From contig JAAOMT010000303.1 of NCBI GenBank assembly GCA_016748015.1, positions 992,001-1,056,000 on the forward strand: 64,000 nucleotides of DNA, read 5' to 3'. The DNA is from Geosiphon pyriformis uo1. Taxonomy: Eukaryota > Fungi > Glomeromycota. Positions within the stretch are counted from its first letter, which is position 1, and each line of letters starts with the position of its first letter. The position numbers were made by a program, and so were the translations under genes. Positions 10,882 to 23,680 of this stretch are shown here, one piece after another. The notes beneath the pieces were generated by a model that saw only the letters and a program-made list of their open reading frames with translations, did no database searches and was not told the origin of the DNA.

Positions 10882-13382
10882 GTAGTATCTAATTAAGTTA
10901 AAGATTAATTCTATGAACAATTTTCTTGTAAAAGTCATTAAAATTTTATTGAACACTAAAGTTTCTTTAACCAATAATTTGCCTAATGTATTTTGTGAGC
11001 TTGGCTGTTTTTTAATGTTCAAAATATTGAAAAATGCCTATTATTTTAATGTGATACATTTTTTAAGATGTTTTAGTTTTGTTTTTAGTGACTGTTTGCT
11101 AAACAAGTATGATTTGATTATAGATTAAAAAACTTTTTAATATTAGAAAAAATTAAGCCCAAAAGATCTGGTATCATTATAATTTAAAAAAATGTTAGCA
11201 TATATAAACAATCTTTTTGTTGAATTTAATAAAATTGCTGTTAATCTAATTTGTTCAGATTTTTTTATTTAAATAAGTTCTTAAATGTTTAAGTGTTTAT
11301 ATAAAGTGTAATCTGAAATAATTAATATTTATATTGATGGCTTATTAAGGAATCTAAAAACAACAAAAGTGGTTAATAGAGTGGTAGCTTACTTCTCTAA
11401 TATTGAAGTGGGTATTGGTATAAAGATACATGAAATATTATCTTTAATATTATTAGAACTATAGATATTTGTCTTGGCCTTGAAGTGTGTTTTTTTATCT
11501 TGTTTAGTGGTTTTGTATATAGATAGCCAAGCAACTATAAATATATATATGTTGAAACTTGAATTTTATTAGCCTAACTTTTAAAGCAGATATCAAATAA
11601 AAAAACAACATATTGCTAATTTGGTTAAGTTAAAAGACATTTATGTAAAGTGGATAAAAATAAAAAACTTATTCTGAGAATATAAACAATAATTGGACAG
11701 ATGTTTTTGCTTGTACTACTGTGCAGTTACATTTAACTCTTCCTATTAAAGTTTATAAAAGAGTTCTAATAACAGATAGTTAGGTAGTTTCAGACAATAC
11801 TTGCTATTTTATTTATAATATCTATTAGACTGTATATTGTATTCAATAAAAAATGAGTTTTGATGTGAAAATTTTAAACAGCTTGTTTATTTAGTACATA
11901 GATTAGAATTGTATTGTCTCAGTTTGGTATTTAGACTTATATATGTTGGCTGAATTTATTAGTAAAAAGTTAGCTGCTCTGTATACATATTTGATAAAGA
12001 CCATTCATAAAAAATTACTAGTTATTATTTATAAAAAACTGTATAATAAAAATTATTTAGGCATTTTGTGCTTAATGTGTAGTAATATCAAGTTGTCTAA
12101 TCATGTTTTTACTTGCTTTAAGAATGCCTCTGTACACTTTGATATTCTCTTTGGTTATATTGAACTATATAAATTTTTGGTTAGATATTGCTTTATATTA
12201 TTATTTTCAGTATTAAGTATTCTTTCTTTAAAAGCTTTAGATATTGGCATTTATGCAGTCTTGTGCAAAGATTTTGTTTTTAAAAAATAGGTTGAAGAGA
12301 CAGTATCAATTTTTAGTAATAAAAAAAGAGCAAAGTCAATAGTAGTTAATTTTGTTTGCCATTTGACTGATGTATATTATAATAAATTATGATTAATAAA
12401 GTCTAAGTTTAAGGTAAACATAGAAAAGAGTGGTCTGGTCTATAATATAGGAATAGTATTTAATTTGTTGTATGGTTTGTTTAGTTTTTTGTCTGAAAAG
12501 ATGGTCTATTTACTTGGTATTATTGAATTTTTTGCTGTTAGTTTTGGTTTATATAAGTTATGTTTGTTTTTTCTGGTGTAAACAATAGTACAAAAGTTTT
12601 TATAGATATGTAGTATTGTCTTGATTGGCCCAAATGACTAGTCACATATAAAAAACACATGAGTTATACTTAGTTTGATTTATTTATTTGTTTTTATATA
12701 ACAGATAGTAATTGGACTACATTTGTTAAATTAATAAAAAAATATAAACAAAAATTATAAATATTAAATTTTATTGTTTATATTTATTATATTATAAATA
12801 TTTTGTTTTTTATATTAAATTTTTTTTAAAATAATATTATTTGTATTTTTATTATTTATTATTATAATATAATTAAAAATTTTATTTTATTTTATTTTAT
12901 CTATTTAATTGTTTTTATTAATAAAAATTTATTATTTATTTTTTTAAATATGTATATAAAAAAAAAAATATATACATATTTCTGTTAAATATTATTCAAA
13001 ATTAGATGTTAACAAAACTATTAAACAATTTTTTAGCATTTTCATATTTTAACATATTAATATATGTAATTTTTTTTTTTAAACTTATTTAAAGATTTTT
13101 TGATTTTTATTGTATAAAATGCTAATTATAATACAATTTTCCAATTTATTACTTGTTTTTTTTAAATATTTGTTTATTGCTTATAATATTACAAAACAGC
13201 ATGAATTTTATCATTACAAATTATTATTATACAAAATTTGTTTGAATTTCATGTATTTTAAAATAAAAAATTAATGTTGAAGTCTTTTTCAAACATCCTA
13301 AAATAAAAATTAGTAATAATTAAGTTGCTGTGTGCATAATGAAAAGATTTGGCTCTTATTTTGGAAATGATTTAAATGACAG

Positions 13383-14365
13383 TGTTACTTGAATAGAAAA
13401 ACCAATCCAAAGTTATGGAGAAAACATGACCAAAAACATGACAACATAAAATAACACAGGATAACACGAAAGAATACAGAATAATGCATAATAACTTATT
13501 ATAACATAATACAAAACTTAATAACGTGTTATAGTATGAAATAACTAGTTGAAACATAGGATAACTAGTAATAACATAGAAGAACGAGGCAATAACAGAA
13601 ATAGTGAAACAATAGCTAGCAAGAATAAAACAATCCTGTAGAACCAAAAAGAATGTATAAAAATGAGTAGTTGTAAAAGTTAGAAAGACAGCCAGACAAG
13701 AATCAACTTTCCTCTTTCTTATAATTATCTTACAAAAATAAAGGACTTATTTAAAAACATGAAATCCTCAATACATGGTCATCAATTATCTCATACTTAA
13801 ATCGAATTAATCTTTGTTTCATACTTTCATTCCAGGACAGATGTTCTTAGCATAAATGTCTCGAACCCTTAACAATCTGGACCAATTATTCTTGATCATG
13901 ACAATTGACAATACTAATTTATTTTCTTTTATTTTTCTTTTTTTTCTTTTCTTTTATTCTCTCTTGTGGAGTGGCAACATAGGAAAATTGACTGTCTGGG
14001 AATAGACTTCGTGATAGTCTGGTAAAAGAAGGAAGCTTCTCCTAAGTTTGGATATTAACATTATCTTGGTAGCTTACCAGAAGAGCAAAAAGACACTGCC
14101 AGACCCTAATGACTGCACTCATTAGCTTGGAGAAGATAGCTCACATTCATATACAAGAAGTTGCAACACCATGAAACATTTCTCTATGTCTTATAACCAA
14201 AGAACTCCACAGGTAAATTCATAACAATCAAACAGACCTTCAGAGACTGATAACACTGACACAACAAACAAGCCTACTGAAAGAAAACCATCAAAAGCTC
14301 TCTAGAAACCCAAAATCTTGAGCACCAAACGTTACCACCATATACCACCAAGTTTACCCATAACA
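13383..14365 (+). mobile_element. Solo LTR (~983 bp) of a family related to E1/E3
   Basis: TGTTAC...ATAACA ends. Flanks ACAG/ATGG are reconcilable as a TSD ACGG decayed at its CpG. Internal block cttgatcatgac is shared with the E1 LTR reverse complement, and the 5' end recurs at 37495. Confidence 0.7.
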
Positions 14366-14873
14366 ATGGTCTTAAAAACGAATTTTTTTTTTAGATATGT
14401 ATAATAATATTTATTTCTTATATTCCCGTTATTATTACGATTTCATTTTCATAATGCTGTTAGACTCATTGGCAGAATTCATGGCAAGATCCACCAAATA
14501 AGAGGTAATATTTGGGGACTCAAGCTCATTTTCTATTGAAAAATTGCGAAGTTTCACTATATCCCACTTTTAATAAAATGCAAAAAATACATAAAATCAT
14601 CAATATTTAATTTGGATGGAATATATAATTTTATCTTTCACTCAAAACATTTTTATTTACAATACTGATTACTTCTCATTTTTGATAAATTTTGCGCAAC
14701 GTTGAATGATGTCAAAAATTAAGAACGTGGGTCATCTTGTTTTCGTAAGGTCATGAGATAGTTTATTGGCTAACTAGATTGTTTGTCTTTTACCTGAGAG
14801 ATAGGAATAGCAAATAAGAATGATCTTCTATGATCTGGACCTCTTATAGTCGATTAATTTTCCTGGACATCAA

Positions 14874-17005
14874 TCAGGTTGAAACAATCTTCATATTCTT
14901 CCGCGAACTTATTGGGGAGGGTATTTTACTCCTTTCAGGTTGATCCAGTTTCAAACAAGATTTTGAGCGGACAGTCTCACTTTGAATATGTGTACTAAAA
15001 TCATTTTTTTGATGGTTGTTTTTGAGAGACCCCTTTTCCACATGGTTGTAAATCGATTGATTGGGAATGAAGGAAGTCACTCGTCTGTCTTGCTGGCTTG
15101 ACCGAAGCTTAAAATTACTTACCGCCGTGGCTGGCTTTCGTAATTTGGAAAGTACGGTTGATGAAGTTAATTGATCTTTGACAAAAGATTCAGGTTCATG
15201 ACAAAGAACTCCATTGTTTTCTAGATTCTTCAACCCAGATTGATCAGGGGACGATTTTGGTTCAGTCGTCCGCTGGGCAGTTACAACACGGTTTAAATAT
15301 AAATTCGTACTGGAAGATCCTTCAGTATTTCAAAATCCGAAAAGTTACAAATTTTCGGGTTGAAACAAGTAAGAGAAAATTTCGAACTGGAAATATCGAT
15401 TGAATACCTATTGCATAAGAACCGTTCCTATTCATAGTTGAGATCGTTGCTCGTCTAATTCCAGGTTTTTGTGTGTTCATTCCTCCCATAAAACTTCTCT
15501 GCATTGGATTTCTCGGGAGTAGCAAAGATTGCCTGCCGGTAGATTGATTGGTTGAAGAAACTGACTTAGGGATTACCAATGACTCCCTTATAATTGGTAG
15601 TGTATTGCCTATGGACATGGGCAGCTAATATGACAGAAGCAAACCCTTATCAATTAAATTATAAATAAGCCAATAATTTGGACATTTAATTGAGAGATGT
15701 TTGAACCCTAACTGGTTTCTGAGAATCTCTTCGGATGGGACGCGACACCCGTAGTGCTCCGCCAAATAATGAAGCCCGATGTTGTGATTCACGATGTTTC
15801 TATTTGACGAATAAACACTTGATTATCCGATTGAATTACTAAATGATAATAAAGGCACTCTTCATTCCATATAACTAACCTCAACGCGATGGGCATAAGG
15901 GAAAGTGGTGGTTTGGGAGAGCCTCGAAGATCGATTTTTGATTTCGGTAGAAGAGATTGTGAACCTTAATCCAGAAGCGGCAACAAAATTGGCCCTCTTT
16001 CTATCAATATCACGGGATGATTCGCTGGATATGATTTCTGCCAAGGCTGTGGCATCAGGTTTAAAATTCACCGAAATGCTAGATGAGGGCAATCTACGCA
16101 CACTTTTAAGACCACGAATTTTGGAATTTGTATGATTAATTGAGCTTTGAGATGTTGCTGCCAATTCGGGTTTTTTAGAGTGACCATTGATAGCGCATTT
16201 CTTGGTTGCAGTAAGAGAATTAGTATTATTACGCAAAGGACGACTTAGATTTGGATTAATACGAGCAGAGGGCTGTTTGGTTTCTCGTGACAAGTTTGAA
16301 AAGAGACCGGTGGCGGATTTTAATTTAGATGGAATAGCAAGATCGCCCAATTTTTTTTCTTTGATTGAAGGTTTCTCTGACACGGGAGCTTTCGAGACAA
16401 CATTCGAGGCGAACGTCACTCTTTTTAAATTTTCGCTCTTCATAACTGGTATATTGAGATTTTTACTTTTTGATAATATCGAGGATTTTGCATTCGAAGG
16501 TCTATTCGAAGTCTGTAGGATTAAGAATTTAATTAAAGATATTTTTTTAGAATCAGGTGTTTCTGGGAGTACAATGGTAATCAAAAGCCCAATTGCTTAC
16601 TAAGACGGTTGACGATACCGAAAGGCCGGGTTTCTTTTGATTAGGGGCGTTCGATATCCTACATAAGTTATGCATGCCATCAAATTAAAAGGTCAGGTCA
16701 AAGAAGTTTCATTAAAAACAAACCTTGAAGGATTTTTCATCAAAGAATTCGAACGGGAAGCGGTTGAGGACGTCATCCCAGGGTGGCTTTTAACGGTATT
16801 GTTAGTAGACACCGGAATGCCCTTCTTGGTAGGGAGTTTGGAACTTTTCGGCAAGTTTTCTTTGTTTAGGGCGTCCACTCGGGAAACATGTGTCAACCTG
16901 ACATAATATTGTATTTATAGTTTAAAACTTTGATACAAGTAGCCATTGCCAGATTTTTAAAACAAAGAGGTACCTTTGGATTTGTTTCTGATTCTTTGAA
17001 TTCAT
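14874..17005 (-). CDS. Uncharacterised basic Ser/Lys/Arg-rich disordered protein (~548 aa, 7 exons: 17005-16974, 16897-16724, 16658-16601, 16512-15880, 15799-15713, 15624-15408, 15319-14874)
   Basis: ORFs 16693-16896, 15862-16584, 15322-15618 and 14874-15233 join in frame through short GT-AG introns; CpG-rich. The 3' end is uncertain (possible further exon near 14720-14795). Confidence 0.75.
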
Positions 17006-17403
17006 GACCTAAGTTGGAGTAGCGGCGGTTTCACAAGAAACTAGCCAGCACTTAAAAGGTCTATCACCAACTTATGCTTTCAACGAACAGTTTATAAAAT
17101 ACGCTTGATGACAAGAGGTAAATTTTTATTAATTAAATGCCTATGTAAGTAAAAAAGATGTCATTGTAAAAACCAAAGCGAAATATGGGTCTCATAAATA
17201 AATTGTCGATCAATCTGTCCATCGGCAATCCCGATCTAGGATATGGATAATACAAGTATTAATTTTTGTCAATAAAACGCGTCTATTAAATAAATCTTCG
17301 CGACTGATGATAATCTGCATGAAAATATCAACAGAAATCGGATAAACCAATATTTTTGTTGTTGACCTTTGGAATCAAGTTGGCACTTAATAAATAAATA
17401 TAT

Positions 17404-17711
17404 TCAACCTAATAATAAAAATGGCAATTTATCAAAAGTCACAAATTCAATTTCCCGATATTTCTATTCTACTTACCTTCTTTTCTTTTTTCCCAACATT
17501 TTTTAAATTTTTGCAATATATCCTGACAGTCCCTCCAATCATGTTTTTCAGCAAAACAATTTTGCAGAGCTTCATTTTCTTGATAACAGCCCGTTTTTTG
17601 AATTCGAAGTTCATGTTCATCAAGCTCTTCTTGTTTTGGCCAGCGGTTCTGATGATTTCTCATTTCCATATTTGGATTCAGGTCTTTGGCATTAGAATCA
17701 GTTGAAGACAT
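17404..17711 (-). CDS. COA4: Cytochrome c oxidase assembly factor 4 (twin CX9C / CHCH protein); exons 17711-17477 and 17408-17404
   Basis: DEHELRIQKTGCYQENEALQNCFAEKHDWRDCQDILQKFKKCW matches the Coa4/Cmc3/CHCHD8 pattern (KTGC-x9-C-x5-DWR-x-C-x9-CW). GTAAGT donor at 17476. Confidence 0.88.
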
Positions 17712-18063
17712 GATAGCTTTAGAAAAGGTCCCAATTATTCGGAAATGGTGAGTTTCAGGAGGTTCCACGAATCTCCTTTGACGAGAAGATAGTAAAATAA
17801 AATATGTTTAACAATGTGTCAAAAATATCCTGAAAGGAATATTTTTCTCAGCAAAAAAATTTTGTGTGATTCGGGAAACTTAGGCTCTTTAAAATTACGT
17901 CACGTGTTTCAAAAATTTAGAAGTGTCAGCAATATCGCTGTTTTTTTTTGCCTCGCTTCTATGCCACTTTCACCACAATTTTAGAGAAAGTTGAACAAGC
18001 AAAAAATCTCTCTTTAAACTTGGAAATTTGTTTAAGAACGTGGTTAAACTTAATTCACATGCT
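17712..18063. promoter_or_regulatory. Putative bidirectional promoter between COA4 and Twinkle, with overlapping TTACGTCA/CACGTG motif at 17895-17906
   Basis: Head-to-head start codons ~350 bp apart; the motif is visible directly. Function is inferred. Confidence 0.55.
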
Positions 18064-20957
18064 ATGTCGCGCTATTTCTTTCAAATCGCGAATAGAACGC
18101 TAGTTAAACGCACGCGTCTTTTACCCCTTCGCCCTTTTCAATTCCGTGGAGTACCCCAACTCAGCTTTGAAACCTCAAACAAAACTTTTCTAACTAACGA
18201 GTTTTCACAGGAGCGCATGAGGAAAGAAAGTACTGACTTTTTCAACGCAGGATTCACTTCAAAGCATTATAAACCAATGCCTGGCGAGGTAGTCCTATTT
18301 TTGAATGATCACTATCAATTTCCTAGAAAAACAGATAATAAGGAAGAAGTAAGAATACGATGTCCCAGTTGCCGTCCAAGAAAATCAACACTTTACACAG
18401 CCGTAATGGATACACAAAAAGGATCTTTTCATTGTGACGCGTGTATGAAAAAAGGAAACTGGGGTGATTACATTAAGTTGGTTTCCAAATCTGATTCATA
18501 TCAAGTTCTAAGCACCTTAAATATGGGTACTGGGGATCGTAACCAATTTTCGATGCCGCTACAAGATGTTATGAGGTTCCCTGAGATGTTGAGAGGATAT
18601 CCAGACATCATTGATTGGTGTTGCAAAAAAAAAGGCCTAACCAAACAAATTTTACAACAATATATGGTTGGGGCTGCAATGTATCCAAACAACAATCCAG
18701 GAATATTGCCGCCCAGGAAAGGAGAACCTCCTGAACTAGAGTTATGCATAACTTTTCCTAGGACAGCACCTGTTTTCACCAGTCCAACTACCACTAATGA
18801 TCCTGATATAGCTACAGTTCGAATCAAAGCTTGTGATGTGGAAACTGGAGACTTGATTGCATTTGATCCACCCTCATTCGGCACCGGTCTTTTCGGATAT
18901 CATCTAGTGAGATCCGAAACCGATGTTATAATATTGACTGGAAACGAATTTGACGCAATGGCTGCGTATCAGGAAACTAGGATACCAGCCACATGTCTTC
19001 CTAACAATTCCTACCAATTGCCCCTTGAGGTTTTACCTTTATTGGAAAGATTTGTTAAGATATATATATGGTTAGATGATGATGTCCCTGGTCAAGATTC
19101 AGCTGAAAAGTTTGCTCGAAAACTTGGTATAGATCGATGTGCCATTGTTAGAACACTTGGCGGTGAACTTGATGGGCCAAGAAATGCCGGTGATGCTTTG
19201 GCTGCTGGGAAAGATCTTAATAAGATTTTAAACAATGCACGACCTTTAGATCACGACCAAATCGTCGGCTTTGATAATTTGAAAGAAGCCGTTTATCGAG
19301 AAATTGTTAACCCTGATCAAGTTCGTGGTGTTCAATCTACCGATATACCTGGCTTAAATCAAATCCTTAAAGGACATCGACCTGGTGAGCTGACGATTTT
19401 CACCGGGCCGACAGGCATAGGGAAGACTACTATTCTAAGTCAGCTTTCTCTTGATTATTGCCGATCTGGAGTCAGCACGCTTTGGGGCAGTTTTGAGATA
19501 CCAAACGTAAGATTAGCCAAAAAAATGTTACAGCAATTTGCAGGACGCGAGTTATCCCCTGAAGAATTTTTTTCTGCCACTGAGAGATTTCAACAAGTAA
19601 GTAATTTATTTGTGACTTTGAATGGTTTATACCCGAAATATTTTATCCACCTATTCTTAATCGGAAATAGCTCCCTATGTACTTTTTGAAATTCTTCGGC
19701 AGTACTGATTTGACGACTGTAGTAGATGCCATGGATCATGCGATTTACGCCTTTGATGTACAACACGTGATCATAGACAATTTGCAATTTATGTCCAGTG
19801 AACAGGGAAGATTTTATGATCGATGGGAACTCCAAGATCGTATAGTTAATACATTTCGTAAGTTTGCCACCGAAAGAAGTGTCCATATTACTTTAGTGGT
19901 ACATCCAAAGAAAGACGATCGAGAATTTTTGGATTTAAACTCAGTATTTGGATCTGCTAAAATCACCCAGGAAGCGGATAATGTGATCATAGTGCAGCGA
20001 TTATTGACGGATGATGATGAATTGCGCTATTTAGACATAAAGAAAAACAGGTTCGTTTAGGTATGAGTAAGTAATTCTTGCAATTCAATACTACTTTATG
20101 ATCAATAAAGAGAATATAAATAAAATTTGGAGAAATTTTATTTTAATTTGATAGATTTGACGGTACTTTAGCAGCAATACCTTTCGAATTTGACAAAGAA
20201 TCCTCAAAGGTAAAAATTTAGTTCATATCGTTTCATTGATGTTATATTTGGGTCTCCATATAGATCTGAATAAAATTGTGATTTTTAGATTCGGCAACTC
20301 ACGCGCAATGAGCATGATCGACGTGCAAAGGGTAATAGGCAGCGATATAGACATGAGGATGAAAAGATGAAATCAAATAATTCTAATGTTAATGCTCAAT
20401 ATCCGACGTATGGAGCACAACGCGACCAAGAGTTAGATAAAACTCCTGCGGTTTTTAGTAATAGCTCTTCGAAGGTTCACCAATGGAACCATTCTAGTAG
20501 GGGCTCTACCATGGCCGAAAAAGATCTTGAGCTTAAACGTAATGAAGAGATAACAGAGGATACAATTCAAATTGAGAATAACGTGGAAAGCGATGATTTA
20601 TCTGGTAACACTAGTCATGAGCTCAAGGGTGAAATTCAAGGCTCACCTAGTAATATCAGCCTTAAGCTCGAGAGCGATATGTCGGCCTCATCTAGTAGCA
20701 CTAGCCATCACCCTGAGGATTACGGGAAAATGGACAAAAACTTAATTGAGGGTGAAGAAATCCCAAATCACATTAAAGGTAGTGAAGTTCATGAGGTCGA
20801 GATCAGAAGGAATATGCTCGGAGGTGCCATAAATTTAAACTCAGAGGGAAAAGTTAATGAAACTTTGGTTTCGATGCCTGATGAAAAATTACCGACGCAC
20901 ATAGTCATGTCTGGCGAAAGCGCCAAAATCCCACAATATCAAGGAACAGTTAATTAA
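18064..20957 (+). CDS. TWNK: Twinkle mitochondrial primase-helicase (T7 gp4-like, SF4), ~878 aa; exons 18064-19596, 19671-20050, 20155-20209, 20289-20957
   Basis: Arg-rich presequence-like N-terminus; zinc domain CPSC...CDAC; Toprim WLDDD; Walker A GPTGIGKTT; WGSFEI; Walker B HVIIDNLQF; LVVHPKK; FGSAKITQEADN; KNRFDG restored across intron 2. All introns are GT-AG and preserve frame. Confidence 0.95.
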
Positions 20958-21321
20958 TAAATTATACAAGATCCAAGCAAAATGAATCAGTAACTTTCAA
21001 ATATAGAAATTTAAATTGTAGAACAAGAACATTTTCATTCTTGCGCGAGCTGTACTTTCAACCCATCTTTTAATCCCTATTAATAATTCCTGATAAACAG
21101 CTGGACTCTTAATTATAGGATTTTTTTAATATTAATCAATATTCTGATACAAAGAAAAACAATGTGAAAGCCTTCTGGCCTTCTTTTATCTTCCAATTCA
21201 CAAGCATAGATTTCTTGGAAGGAAAGGTTTATCATTGTCGATCTTATTTTTCAAAACGATCCAAATTATGATATCAACAAAATATCCTGTTCCAAGTAGA
21301 AGATTAATACGTCACCTCTTT

Positions 21322-22539
21322 TCAAACATCTTGTGTATTGGTTTTTGAAAACCTTCGTCTTTTGACATCCCAGTTGTACAAACGTGCGGTATCTTATGGA
21401 AGTAAAGAGCAATTGAGGATTTCAACAATTATAGTTGTAAAATACTCATGAGAGTGGAATCTCAGATTTTAGCTCAGACAAACATAATATTTCGAAAAAG
21501 TGAGCTTGTACTTCATTCTCATATGAAATCAACAAAAGGATACTGACTTCCATAGTGGTAATTTGTTCACGTAAAAACTCTAAGTCTTCTAATACATTGT
21601 CTAACGTCTTTTTTGCGGTTGTCAGTTTACCTTCTAGAAGCTCTTTGGCCTCTGGTAAAGGATACTCTAACATCACATTTGCCTGTTTTCAAAATTTTCA
21701 GATATAAATTTAAAAAACAAGAGCTTTATAACAAAACAATAGAAAGTCTAGATCGGCTTACACCAAGCCATAGATAAACTGTCTTTGTGGATCGGACTCT
21801 CGCTGCCGCCCAAAGTGTTACATTCAATTCGAATGTGGTTTCTATCGGATCATCGGAATCCTTGGCGCGAAATAGGAGTCATGAGAAAAACTCATTGAAT
21901 GTAATTGTGTGGATGTGTATAAGTGAGAGAAATGTAGGTGTTGCAATCACCTGCTTTGTAATCAAATATTCCACTACATTCAAACTCTTTTTGATTTCGG
22001 GTATTTTCATTTCCAAGGTTTTTTTTCGGTTTAAAAAATTAACTTCCATAAACTTATACTTTCTATTTTGAAGGTGTGAAAAAGTGGTGATAAATTGAAA
22101 TCACTCAGATTGAATAAGGGTTTATAGTTATGATGGTAACATTGATTTATTGATGCTTTATTATGGGATTAAAAAAGTAGGAATAGCCAGAGACTTCAGC
22201 ATCAAGAAAATAAAAATAAATTTTTCAAAGGAGTTTTTACTGGAACATTCTAAAAACCAATCTGTTCTTTGATATTAGTCCCATATCGCTTCCACAACTT
22301 ACGCGATAGTTTCTTGGAATTTACTTAATGTCGTTTCTACAGAAGTAACAGACTTGGATACGAATTCACTAACGTTTTCCTACACAAGTAATAGCAAAAA
22401 CATTTTAGATTAAAAGATATCAAACCAAATTGCTCAATTGGAAAACTACTACCACAAACTGGACTTTCGGAATACCCCGAGGATTGCTCTCCAGTACTTG
22501 CTCATCTGCAGTCTTCGACTCTATTGTATTGGTAGACAT
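21322..22539 (-). CDS. PAC10: Prefoldin subunit 3 (PAC10/VBP1); exons 22539-22453, 22379-22303, 22062-21951, 21860-21762, 21682-21544, 21392-21322
   Basis: Spliced product contains NPRGIP, KYKFME, KIPEIKKSL, FELN-TLWA-A, VYLWLGANVMLEYP, DLEFLREQITTMEVNTARLYNWDV. Confidence 0.96.
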
Positions 22540-22869
22540 CTATAAATTAGCACGTTGGTATTAAAAATGTTGGACTAATAGTATAATTCAAGAAATTATA
22601 AAAAAAACATTAGGCACCTATATATAATTAACTCAAATATGTAAACGTCATTTGTGTATTTATAATTATAAATTCAGGATGAATTTTTTTCTTTTCTAAA
22701 TATTATTTTTCAAATTAAAAAACATTTGTTTGAAAAAGAAACTTTTCTATTTAAATAATGTATTATTGTATAATATAATTACACAAGTATTGTGATATTT
22801 TGGAAATCGTCTATTTGTTTTTTTGTTTTTATTATGTTTTAACAAAGTGTAGCTCAATCGCTAACTATG

Positions 22870-23220
22870 ACATAAAATTCAAATAGCCGCGATTCATGCA
22901 TTTTTTACATGTGACTAGTCATCCAAGCTATACTCAGTTGAATCTATAGAAGTAAACTTATCCAAAACAGCCATTTTATGCATAATTGCAACCAAACTAC
23001 CAGTATTAAAAACCAAACCAGCCAACCATACAGCAGTCTTATTTGCATTTGATTTAATATCAAGTGGTTAAAGCTTTTAAAGAGCAACCAATCTATTAAA
23101 AGTTTTCTTATTAACAGAAGAATCTGAATTGTTATTAAGCATACTATTGTTATGAATTTGAGTAATAAGTTAATAGATAGCAAAAGAAAAACTATTAAGA
23201 ATGATAAAAAAAAATTCAAT
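22870..23220 (-). mobile_element. Short, divergent 3' LINE fragment L2
   Basis: 3' UTR motif catgca...tacatgtgactagtcat shared with other copies; 22944-23219 loosely resembles the ORF2 C-terminus. Confidence 0.55.
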
Positions 23221-23680
23221 ATACATAATTAGTTTTAAAATTGATTTTTTTTGAAAAATTTAAAAATCTAAAAATAGTTTGTAATTATTAACAAGATAAT
23301 ATTACTATTATTATTTTATATCTTTTTTTTAATAATTTTTGTGTTTTTTAATCATTTTTTTATTCAATAAATTATAAAAATAAACAAATAGTTTTTTAAC
23401 TTAATTTTAACAATATAAATTAAAAAATTAAATAAAATATATAAATACTAATAAATAATTTTTTATTTACAGATGTTTAAATATATAAAAATTGAAAATT
23501 GAAAAAAATAACCAATATAAAAAATATTTTTATTTTTATTTTTATTTTTATTTTTTTTAAACATTTAATGAGTGAAATCCAAACACTGTCTAGTGCAATA
23601 CATCATATAAATAATCTAAACTAGGTGTGAATCATGCTCTTTCTACATGTGACCAGTCATTTGAACCAATCAGGACAACA

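Larger units (their letters stand above)
1..12740 (+). mobile_element. Degenerate LINE copy L1 (3' part of ORF2: post-RT region, RNase H, C-terminal Cys/His motif, 3' UTR), split by LTR element E1; pieces 1-176 and 10886-~12740
   Basis: Bases 1-176 and 10886 onward join in frame (...FLQ|YLIKLKINSMNNFL) and match LINE L3 ORF2 (LQYPVYVKINPLNNFL). RNase H motif IYIDG at ~11330. ORF 11943-12290 resembles the L3 C-terminus. Shared 3' UTR motif at 12610-12730. Confidence 0.85.

Noticed and set aside
15905-16906. Plus-strand ORFs 15905-16135, 16187-16603 and 16670-16906
   Set aside because: Antisense shadows of the spliced minus-strand gene.
18028-20060. Phage T7 gp4 or bacterial DnaB acquired horizontally, or contamination
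   Set aside because: Spliceosomal introns, a presequence-like N-terminus and Twinkle-specific motifs indicate the nuclear Twinkle gene. The TTG start at 18028 is an ORF-caller artefact.
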